Assembly (NCBI RefSeq): GCF_009914755.1
Contig: NC_060946.1
DNA from: the human T2T-CHM13v2.0 reference genome, Homo sapiens
Reading direction: 5' to 3' (one strand)
Length of the DNA stretch: 64,000 nt
Of this stretch, positions 1 to 12,000 are shown piece after piece. Positions within the stretch are counted from its first letter, which is position 1; each line of letters opens with the position of its first letter. The notes under the pieces were generated by a model, which saw nothing but the letters and a program-made list of their open reading frames with translations, made no database searches and was not told the origin of the DNA. Made by a program: the position numbers and the translations under genes.

Positions 1-3000
1 AACACTGCTTGGAGGGTCTGAATGTTAGTCCCACACAAAGGATTCTAGAACACTGCTGCTGGGTTCTGAGTGTTTTTCCTTCACAGGGGAATCAAAAACA
101 CTGCAGCTGGGTTCAAAGTGTTCGGCCCTCACATATGATTCCAGAACACAGCTACAAGGTTCTGAATGATTGTCCCTCAAAAAGTATTCCAGAACACTGC
201 TTTTGGGTTCTGAGTGTTTGTCGCTCACGTGGGATTCAAAAACACTGCTGCTGGGTTCAGAGTGTTTGTCGCTTACATAGGATGCCAGAACACGGCTCTT
301 GATTTCTCAGTGTTTGTCCCTCACAAAGGATTCCAGAACACTTCTGCTGGTTTCTGAGTGTTTTTCCCTCACATAGGATTCCAGAACTCTTCCCCGAGGT
401 TCCCAATATTTGACCCTCAGATAGGATTCCAGAACACAGTGGCTGGGTTTTGAGTGATTGTCCCACACTTCGGGAATCAGAACACTGCTGTTGGGTTCTG
501 AGTGTTTCTCCTTCACACAGGATTCCAGAACACTGCTGCTGAGTTCTGAGTGTTTGTCCCTCAGATAGGATTCCAAAACACTGCCGCTCGATACTGAGGG
601 ATTGTCCCTCACATAGATTTCTAGAACACTGCAGCTTGTTTTTGAGGGTTTCTCTCTCACTTAGGATTCCAGAACACTGCTAAGTGTGTCTGAATGTTTG
701 TCCCTCACAAAGAACTCCATATCACTGCTACGAGTGTCTGAACGCTTGTCCTTCACACCAGATTCCAGAACACTGCTACTGGGTTCTGAGTGTTTGTCCT
801 TCACATAGGATTCCAGAACACTCCTCTGAGGGTGTGAGTGTTTGTCCCTCACATAGGATTCCAGAACACTGCTTCTGGATTTTGAGTGTTTGTCCCTCAC
901 ATACGATTCCAGAATACTTCTGCAGGGTTCTGAGTGTTTGTTCCTCACTTAGGATACCAGAACTCTGCTGTTGGGTTCTGAGTGTCTGTCCCTCACATAT
1001 CATTTCACAGCATGGCTGCTGGGTTCTGAGAGTTTGTCCCTCAAATAGAATTCCAGAACACTGCTGCTGAGTTTTGAGTGTTTGTACCTCACATACGATT
1101 CCAGAACACTGCTACGAGTCTCTGAATGATTGTTCATCACAAAGAATTCCAGAGCGCTGCTGCTAGTTTGTTAGTGTTTGTCCATCACATAGGATTCCAG
1201 AACACTTCTGCAAGAGTCTGAATGTTGTCACTCAGATAGATTCCAGTACACAGAGGCTGTGTTCTGAGTGTTTGTCCCTCACGTAGGATTCCAGAACACT
1301 GCTGCTGGTTTCTGAGTGTTTGTCCCACACATAGGATTCCAGAACACTGTTGCTGGGTTCTGAGTGTGTGTCCCTCACATAGGAATCCAGAAAAATGCTT
1401 CGAGAGTTTGAATGTTTGTCCCTCACAATGGATTATAGAACACTGCTCCTGGGTTCTGAGAGTTTGTCACTCACATAGGATTCCAGAACACTGATGCTGT
1501 GTTCTGAGTGTTTGCTCCTCACATAGGATTCCAGAACACTGCTTCCAGGGTCTGGATGTTTGTCCCTCACAAAGGATTCTAGAACACTGCTGCTGGGTTG
1601 TGAGTGTCTGTCCCTCACTTAAGATTCCAGAACACTGCTGCTGGATTCTGAGTGTTTGTCCCTCACATAGGATTCCAGAACACTGCTCCTGGGTTCTAAG
1701 TGCTCGTCCCCCACAAAGGAATCCAGAGCACTGCTGCTGGGTTCTGAGTGTTTGTCCCTTACATAGGATAACAGAACACTGCTAAGATCGTCTAAAGGTT
1801 TGTCTGTCTGAAAAGATTCCAGAAAACTGCTGCTGGGTTCTGAGCGTTTGTTCCCCACATAGGATTCCAGAACACTGATTCGATGGTCTGAATGTTTTTC
1901 CCTCACAAAGGATTCTAGAACACTGCTACAGGGTTAGTAGTGTTTGTCCCTCATATAGGATTGCAGAACACTGCTCCTGGGTTCTTAGTGTTTGTCCCTC
2001 ACATTAGATTCCAGAACACTACTACTGGGTTCTGAGTGTTTGTCCCTCACAGAGGATTCCAGAACACTGCTCCTGGGTTCTGTAGGTTTGTCCATCACAT
2101 AGCGTTCCAGAACACTGCTAAGAGTGTCTGGATGTTTGTCCATCACAAAGGATTCGAGAACGCTGCTACTGGATTCTGAGTGTGTGTTCCTCACATAGGA
2201 TTCCATAACAATGCTTCGAGGGTTTGAAAGCTTGTCCCTCACAAAGGATTCCGGAACACTGCTGCTGGGTTTTGAGTGTTTGTCACTCACTTCGGATTCC
2301 AGAACCCTGCTGCTGGGTTCAGAGGGTTTGTCCCTCACATAACATTCCAGAACACTGCTTCGAGGGTCTGAATGTTTGTTCCTCACAAAGGAATCTAGAA
2401 CAATGCTGCTGGGTTGTGAGTGTCTGTCCCTCAATTAGGATTTCAGAACACTGCTGTTGGGTTCTGAGCGTTTGTCCCTCACATGGGATTCCAGAACGCT
2501 GCTCCTGGGTTCTCAGTGTTTATCCCTTATGTAGGATTCCAGAACCCTCCTTCTCGGTTTGTTTGTCCCCCAAAAAGGAATCCAGAGCACTGCTGCTGGT
2601 TTCCGAGTGTTTGTCCCTCACATGAGATACCAGAACACTGCTATGATCATCTGAATGTTTGTCCCCCACAAAGGATTCTAGAACACCGCTGCTGTGTTCT
2701 GAGAGTTTGTCACTCACATAGGATTCCAGAAAAATGCTGCCGAGTTCTGAGTGTTTGTCCCTTTCATGGGATTCGAAAACATTGCTGCTGGGTTCAGAGT
2801 GTTGTCCCTCACATAGGATTGCAGAGCACTTCTACGAGGTTTTGAATGTTTGTCCCTCACAAAGGATTCCAAAACATTGCTGCTGGTTTGTGAGTGTTTG
2901 TCTCTCACATGGGATTACAGAACACTTCTGCTGGGTTCTGTGTGTTTGTCCCGCATATATTAAACCAGAACACTGCTGGTGGGTTTTGTGTGTTTCTCCC

Positions 3001-6000
3001 TCACATAGCATTCCTCAACATGCTGCTGGGTTCTGAGTGTCAGTCCCACACATACGATTCCAGAACACTGCTGCTAGGTTCTGAAGATTTCTCCCTCACA
3101 TAGGATTCCAGTAAAAAGCTGCTTGTTTGTGAGTGTTTGTCCCTCACATAGGATTCCATAACAGTTCTGCTGGGTTCCGAGTGTTTGTCTCATATAGGAT
3201 AACAGAACTCTGCTGCTTGGTTTTGAGTGTTTGTCCCTCACATAGCATTCCAGAACACTGCGGCTGGGTTCTGAGTGTTAGTCCCTCACATATGATTCCA
3301 GAACACTACTGCTAGGTTCTGAGGGTTTCTCCCTCACATAGGATTCCAGAACTCTGCTACAAGTTTCTGAATGTTTGTCCCTCACAGAGCATTCCAGAAC
3401 AGTGCTATGATGGTCTGAATTATTGACCCATATATAGGATTCCAGAACACTGCTGCAGGTTTCTGAGTGTTTCTTCCTCACATAGGATTGCAGAGCATTG
3501 ATGGTGGGTTCTGAGTGTTTGCACCTCACACAGGATTTCATAACATTGCTTCAGGGTTCTGAGTGTTTGTCAGTCACATAGGATTCCAGAACACTGCTGC
3601 TGAATTCTGAGTGTTTGCCCCTCACTTAGGTTTCCAGAACACTGCCACGAGGGCCTGAATGTTTGTCCATCACAAAGGATTCCAGAACAATTCTGCTGGG
3701 TTCTAAGTGTTTGTCCCTCACATAGGATTCTAGGACACTGCTTCGAGTGTCTGAATGTTTGTCTTCACGAAGAATTCTAGAACTCTGCTGCTGGGTTCTC
3801 AGTGTTTGTCCCTCACATAGGATTCCAGGACACTTCTACACATGTCTGAATGTTTGTCCCTCAGATAGGATTCCAGCACACAGTGACTGAGTTGTGAGTG
3901 TTTCTCCCTCACATAGGATTCCAGCACACAGTGACTGGGTTCTGAATGTTTCTCCCTCACATAGGATTCCAGAATACTGCTGCTGCCTTCTGAGTGTTTG
4001 ACCCTCACATAGGATTCCAGAGCCCTGCTGCTGGGTTCTGAGTGTTTGTCCCTCACATAGGATTCTAGAGCACTGCTACTGGGTTCTGAGAGTTTGTCCC
4101 TCACATAGGATAGCGGAACAGTGCTACAATGGTCTGAATGTTTGTCCTTGAGATAGGATTCCAGCACACAGTGACTGGGTTCTGAATGTTTCTCCCCCAC
4201 ATAGGATTCCAGCACACAGTGACTGGGTTCTGAGTGTTTCTCCCTCACATAGGATTCCAGAACACTGCTGCTGCCTTCTGAGTGTTTGACCCTCACATAG
4301 GATTCCAGAACCCTGCTGCTGGGTTCTGAGTGTTTGTCCCTCACATAGGATTCTAGAGCACTGCTACTGGGTTCTGAGAGTTTGTCCCTCACATAGGATA
4401 GTGGAACAGTGCTACAATGGTCTGAATGTTTCTCCAAAACAAAGGAATCAAAAACACTGCTGCTGGGTTCTGAGTGTTTGTTCATCACATAGGATTCCAG
4501 AACACTGATTCTAGGGTCTGAAGGTTTTTTGCCCACAAAGGATTCTAGAACACTGCTGCTGGGTTCTGAGTGTTTTTCACTCACATAGGATTCCAGAACA
4601 CTGCTGCTGAGTTCTGAGTGTTTCTGCCTCACATGGGATTCCAAAACAATGCTGCTGGGTTCAGTGTGTTTGTCCCTCACCTAAGATTCCAGAACACTGA
4701 AGAGAGTTTCTGAATGTTTGTCCCTCACAAAGGACTCTAGAACACTGCTGCTGGGTTCTAGTGTTTGTCCCTCACAAAGATTCCAGAACACTGCTGCTGG
4801 GTTCTGAGTATTTGTCACTCACATAGGATTGCAGAACACTGCTGCTGAGCTCTGAGATTTTGTCCCTCACGTAGGTTTCCAGAACACGGCTGCTGGGTTC
4901 TGAGTTGTTGTCCCTCACATACGATTCCAGAGCAGTGCTGCTGGGTTGTGAGTGTTTGCTCTCACATAGAATATCAGAACACTGCTACGAAGTTCTCAAT
5001 GTTCGTCGCTCACATAGGATTGCAGAACACTGCTGCTGGGTTGTGAGGGTTTGTCTCTCACATACGATTCCAGACCACTGCTATGAGGGTCTGAATGTTT
5101 TTACCTCACATAGGATTCCAGAACACTGTTACTAGGACCTGAATGTTTTTCCCTCACAATTATTCCAGAACACTGCTGATGGGTTCTGTTTTTTTGTCCC
5201 TCACAAAGGATTCCAAAGCCCTGCTGCTGTTTTCTTAGTGTTTGTCCCTCACATAGTATTCCAGAACACTTCTACGAGTGTCTGAATATGTGTCCCTAAT
5301 ATAAGATTCCAGTACACAGTGTCTGGGTTCCCAGGGGTTATTCCTCAGACAGGATTCCAGAACACTGCTGTTGGGTTCTGAGTCTTTTTCCCTCACATGG
5401 CATTCCAGAATACAGCTGCTGGCTTCTGAGTGTTTGTCCCTCATATTGGATTCCAGAACAATGCTATTGAGGGACTGAATGTTTCTCCCTCACATAGGAT
5501 TCCAGAACACAGCTACGAAGGTCTGAATGTTTTTCCATCACGCAGGATTCCAGAACACTGCTTTGAGGGTCTGAGTGTTTTTACCTCACAAAAGATTCAG
5601 AACACTGCTGGTGGGTTCTGAGTGTTTGTCACTCGTATAGGATTCCAGAACACTGCTATGCGGGTCTGAATGTTTTTCCCTCACATAGGATCCCAGAACA
5701 CTGCTAGGGGGGTCTGAGTGTTTTTCTCTCCCAAAGGATTCCAGAGCACTGCTGCTGGTTATTTAGAGTTTGTCCTTCACATAGGATTCCAGAACACTTC
5801 TACTAGGGTCTGAAGGTTTGACACTCAAATAGGATTCTGGTACACAGTGGCTGCGTTGTGAGTGTTTGTCCCTCACATAGGTTTCAAGAACAGTGCTGCT
5901 GGATTCCAAGTATTTGCCCCTCACATAGGATCCCAGAACATTTCTGCTGGGTTCTGAGTGTTTGTCTCTCACCTAGGATTCCTGAAAACTGCTACGAGGG

Positions 6001-9000
6001 TCTGAATATTTGTCCGTCACAAAGAATTGCAGAACATTGCTACTGGGATAGGAGTGTTTGTCCCTCACATAGGATTCCAGAACACAGCTTCTAGGTTCTG
6101 AATGTTAGCCCCTAACAAAGGATTCCAGTACTACGCTGCTGGTTTCTGGGTGTTTCTCACACACATAGGATTCCAGAATACTGCTGCTGGATTCTCAGTG
6201 TTTGTCTCTCACATGGGATTCCAGAACACTGCTGCTGGTTTCAGAGTGTTTGTCCCTCACATACGATTCCATAACACTGATATGAGGTTCTGAATGTTTC
6301 TCCCTCACTAAGGATTCCAGAACACTGCTGCAGGTTCTGAGTTTTTCTCCCTCATATAGGATTCCAGAACACTGCTGCTGGGTTCAGAGTGTTTTTCCAT
6401 CACATAAGATTCCAGAACACTGCTACTAGGTTCTGAGTGTTTGGCCCTCACAAGGGATTCCAGAACACTGCTGCTGGGTCATGAGAGTTTGTCCCTCACA
6501 TAGAACTCCAGAACTCTGCTCCTGTGTACTGTTTGTTTGTCCCTCACAAAGGATTACAGAGCACCGCTGCTGGTTTCTGATTGCTTATCACTCACATAAG
6601 ATTCCAGAACACTTCTACGAGTGTTTGAATGTTTGTCCCTCAGACAGGATTCCAGCACACAGTGGCTGGGTTCTGAGTGTTGTTCCCTCACATAGGATTT
6701 CAGAACACTGTTTCGAGGGTCTGAAGATTTGTCCCTCACATAGGAATCTAGAACAGTGCTGCTGGGTTCTGAGTGTTTGTCACTCACATAGAATTCCAGA
6801 ACACTGCTGCTGGGTTCTGAGTGTTTGTGCCTCACAAGGGATTCCAAAACACTTCTGCTGGGTTCAGAGTGTTTGTCCTTCACTTACGCTTCCAGAACAC
6901 TGCTGAGAGTTTCTGAATGTTTGTCCCATACAAAGGACTCTAGAACACTGCCCCTGGGTTCTAAGAGTTTGTCTCTCACATAGGATTCCAGAACACGGCT
7001 GCTGGGTTCTGAGAGTTTGTCCCTCACATACGATTCCAGAACACTGCTGCTGGGTTCTGAGTGTTTGTCCCTCACATAGGATTCCAGAAAACTGCAGGGG
7101 GATCTGAATGTTTGTCCATCAAAAAGGATTCAGGAACAATGCTGCTGGATCTGAGTGTTTGTCCCTCACATAGGATACCAGAACACTGCCACAACTGTCT
7201 GAATGTTTGTCTGACACAAAGGATTCCAGAACACTGCTGCCGCGTTCTGAGTGTTTGTCTCTCAAAAACGATTCCACAACACTGCTATGAGCTTCTGAAT
7301 GCTTTTTCCTCACAGAGGATTCTAGAACACTTCTGCTGGGTTCGGAGTGCTTGTCCCTCAGAAGGGATTCCAGAACACTGCTGCTGGATTCTGAGTGTTT
7401 GTCCCTCACATAGGATTCCAGAACACTGCTGCTGGATTCTGAGTGTTTGTCCCTCACATAGGATTCCAGAACACTGCTTCTGGGTTCAGACTGTTTGTCA
7501 CTCACATAGGATTCTAGAACACTGCTGCTGGTTTCTGAGGGTTTGTCCCTCACACAGGATTCCAAAACACTACTGCTGGGTCTCAGTCTCTGTCCCTCAT
7601 ATTGGATTACAGAAAAATGCTATGAGAGTCTGAATGTTTTTCCCTCACATAGGATTCCAGAACACTGTTACGAGGCTGTAAATGTTTTTCCTTCCCAAAG
7701 GATTCCAGAACACTGCTGTTGGGTTCTGAGTGTTTGTCCCTCACATAGGATTCCAGCACACTGCTTCGAGGGGCTGAATATTTATCCCTCACAAAGGGTT
7801 CCGAAACACTGTTATTGCGTTCTGACTGTTTGTCCCTCACATAGGATTCCAGCACACTGCTTCGAGGGCTGAATATTTATCCCTCACAAAGGGTTCCGAA
7901 ACACTGTTATTGCGTTCTGACTGTTTGTCCCTCATATTGGATTCCAGAACAATGCTAAGAGGGTTTGAATGTTTTTCCCTCACATAGGATTCCAGAACAC
8001 TTCTGCTGGGTTCAGAGTTCTTGTCCCTCAGAAAGGATTCCAGAACACTGCTGCTGGATTCTGAGTGTTTGTCCCTCACATAGGATTCCAGAACACTGCT
8101 GCTGGATTCTGAGTGTTTGTCCCTCACATAGGATTCCAGAACACTGCTGCTGGATTCTGAGTGTTTGTCCCTCACATAGGATTCCAGAACACTGCTTCTG
8201 GGTTCAGACTGTTTGTCACTCACATAGGATTCTAGAACACTGCTGCTGGTTTCTGAGGGTTTGTCCCTCACACAGGATTCCAAAACACTACTGCTGGGTC
8301 TCAGTCTCTGTCCCTCATATTGGATTACAGAAAAATGCTATGAGAGTCTGAATGTTTTTCCCTCACATAGGATTCCAGAACACTGTTACGAGGCTGTAAA
8401 TGTTTTTCCCTCCCAAAGGATTCCAGAACACTGCTGTTGGGTTCTGAGTGTTTGTCCCTCACATAGGATTCCAGCACACTGCTTCGAGGGGCTGAATATT
8501 TATCCCTCACAAAGGGTTCCGAAACACTGTTATTGCGTTCTGACTGTTTGTCCCTCATATTGGATTCCAGAACAATGCTAAGAGGGTTTGAATGTTTTTC
8601 CCTCACATAGGATTCCAGAACACTTCTGCTGGGTTCAGAGTTCTTGTCCCTCAGAAAGGATTCCAGAACACTGCTGCTGGATTCCGAGTGTTTGCCCCTC
8701 ACATAGGATTCCAGCACACTGCTTCGAGGGTCTGAACGTTTATCCCTCACAAAGGGTTCCAAAACTCTGTTATTGCTTTCTGACTGTTTGTCCCTCATAT
8801 TGGATTCCAGAATAATGCTATGAGGGTTTGAATGTTTTTCTCTCACATAGGATTCCAGAACACTGTTATGAGGGTGTCAATATTTTTCCCTCCCAAAGAA
8901 TTCCAGAACACTGCTGCTGGGTTCTGAGTGTTTGTCCCTCATATAGGATTCCAGGACTCTGCTACGAGGGTCTAAATGTTTTTCCCTCACATAGGATTCC

Positions 9001-12000
9001 AGAACACTGCTACGAAGGTCTGAATATTTTTCCCTCACAAGGGATTTTAGAACACTGCTACTGGGTTCTGTTTATTTGTCCCTCACAAAGGATTCCAGAC
9101 TACTGCTGCAGGTTTCTTAGTGTTTCTCCCTCACATAGGATTCCAGAACACTTCTACGAAGTTCTGAATGTTTGTCCTCAGATAGGATTCCAGTACACAG
9201 TGGCTGGATTCTGAGTGTTTCTCCCTCACATAGGATTCCAGAACACTGCTACAAGGTTATGAATGTTTGTCCCTCACAAAGGATTCTACAACACTGCTAC
9301 TGGGTTCTGAGTGTTTGTCCCTCCCATAGGATTCCAGGACACTGCTGCTGAGTTCTAAGCGTTTGTCTCTTACCTAGGATTCCAGAACATTGCTGCTGGG
9401 TTCTGAGTGTTTGTCCCTCACATAGAATTCCAGAACAATGCCACGAAGATCTAAAAGGTTTTCGCTCACATAGGAATCCAGAAGACTTCTGCTGGTTTCT
9501 GAGTGTTTGTCTCTCTCATGGGATTCCAGAACACTACTGCTGGGTTCTGAGTGTTTGCCCTCACATAGGATTCCAGAACACTGCTACAAGGGTCTGAATG
9601 TTTGCCCTCAGATATGATTCCAGTACACAGTGGCTGAATTCTGAGTGTTTCTCATTCACGTAGAATTCCAGAACAGTGCAACAAGGTTCTCAATGTTTGT
9701 CCCTCACAAAGGATTCTAGAACACTGCTGCTGGGTTCTGAGTGTTTGTCCCTCACAAAGGATTCTAGAACACTGCTTCTGGGTTCTGAGTGTTTGTCCCT
9801 CAGATAAGATTCCAGAACACTGCTGCTGTGTTCTGAGTGTTTGTCCCTCACTTAGGATTCCAGGACAGTGCTGCTGCGTTCTGAGTGTTTGTTCCTCACA
9901 TAGAATTCCAGAACACTGCTACGAAGTTCTGAAAGTTTGTCACTCACATAGCTTTCCAAAACACTGCTCCTGGGTTCTGAGTGTTTGTCCCTCACATACG
10001 ATTTCAGAACGCTGTTACGAGGCTCTGAATGTTTATCCCTCACAAAGGGTTCCAGAACACTGCTACTGGGCTCTGATTGTTTGTCCCTCATATTGGATTC
10101 CAGAACAATGCTACGAGATTCTAAATGTATTTCCCTCACATAGGATTCCAGAACACTGTTAGGAAGATGTGAAAGGTTTTCCCTTCCAAAGTATTCCAGA
10201 ACACCGATGCTGGGTTCTGAGTGTTTGTCCCTCATATAGGATTTCAGAACACTGCTACGATGGTCTGAATGTTTTTCCCTCACATAGGATTCCAGAACAC
10301 TTCTACGAGGTTCTAAATATTTGCCCTCAGATAGAATTCCAGTATGCAGTTACTGGATTCTGAGTGTTTTTCACTCACATATGATTCCTGAACACTGTTG
10401 CTGTTTTCTGAGTGTCCGTCCCTCTCTTAGGATTCCAGAACACTGCTGCTGGGTCAGGAGTGTTTGTCCCTCACATAAGATTCAAGAACACAGCTGCTGG
10501 GTTGTGTGTGTTTGTCCCTCACATATGTTTCCAGAACACGGCTACGAGGGTCTGAATGTTTATCCCTCACAAAGGTTTCCAGAACACTGCTACTGGGATC
10601 TGAGAGTTTCTGCCTCATGTTGGATTCCAGAAAAATGCTACGACGGTCTGAATGTTTTTTGCTCACACAGGATTCCAGAACACTGTTACGAGGGTGTGAA
10701 TGTTTTTCACTCCCAAAGGATTCCAGAACACTGCTGCTGGCTTCTGAGAGTTTGTGCCTCATATAAGATTCCAGAAAACTGTTACAAGGATCGGAATGTT
10801 TTTCCCTCAGAAAGGATTGTAGAACACTGTTTCTGGGTTCTGTTTGTTTCTTCCTCACAAAAAAACTACAGAACACTGCTGCAGATTTCTTAGTGTTTGT
10901 CCCTCACATAGGATTGCAGAACACTTCTAGAGGTTCTGAATGTTTCCCCTCAGGCAGGAGTCCTGTACACAGTGTCTGGATTCTGAGTGCTTCTCCCTCA
11001 CTTAGGATTCCAGAACACTGCTGCTGGGTTCTGAGTGTTTGTCCCTCACATAGGATTCTAGAACACTGCTACGAGGGTCTGAATGTTTTTTCCTCACAAA
11101 GGGTTCCAGAACATTGCTGCTGGGTTCTGAGTGTTAGTCCCTCATATGGGATTCCAGAGCAATGCTACGAGGGTCTGAATGTTTTTCCCTCACACAGAAT
11201 TCCAGAATACTGTTATGACGGTGTGAATGTTATTCCCTCCCAAAGGATTCCAGAACACTGCTGCTGGGTACTGAGTGTTTGTCCCTCAGATAGGATTCCA
11301 GAACACTGCTACGAGGGTCTGAATGTTTTTTCCTCACCAAGGATTGTAGAACACTGCTACTGGGTTCTGTGTGTTTGTCCCTCAGATAGGATTCCAGAAC
11401 ACTGCTACGAGGGTCTGAATGTTTTTTCCTCACCAAGGATTGTAGAACACTGCTACTGGGTTCTGTGGGTTTGTCCCTCAGAGGATTCCAGAGCACTGTT
11501 AGAGATTTCTAAGTGTTTGTCCCTCACATATGATTCCAGAACACTTCTACAAGGTTCTGAATGTTTGCCCTCAGATAGAATTCCAGTACACAGTGGCTGT
11601 ATTCTGACTGTTTGTCCCATAAATAGGATTCTAGAACACTGCTACAAGATTCTGAATGTTTGTCCCTCACAAAGATTCTAGAACACTGCTGCTGGGTTCT
11701 GAGTGTTTGTCCATCACATGGGATTCCAGAACTCTGCTGCTGGGTTCTGAGCGTTTGTCCCTCACTTACGATTCCAGAACACTACTACGAAGTTCTGAAA
11801 GTTTGTTGCTCACATAGGATTCTGGAACACTGCTACTGCGTTCTGAGTGTTTGTCCCTCACATAGCATTCCAGAACAGTGCTGCTGGGTTCTGAGTGTTT
11901 GTCCCTCACGTAGGATTCCAGAACACTACTACGAGGGTCAGAATGTTTATCCATCACAAAGGGTTCCAGAACACTGCTACTGGGTTCTGAGTGTTTATTC

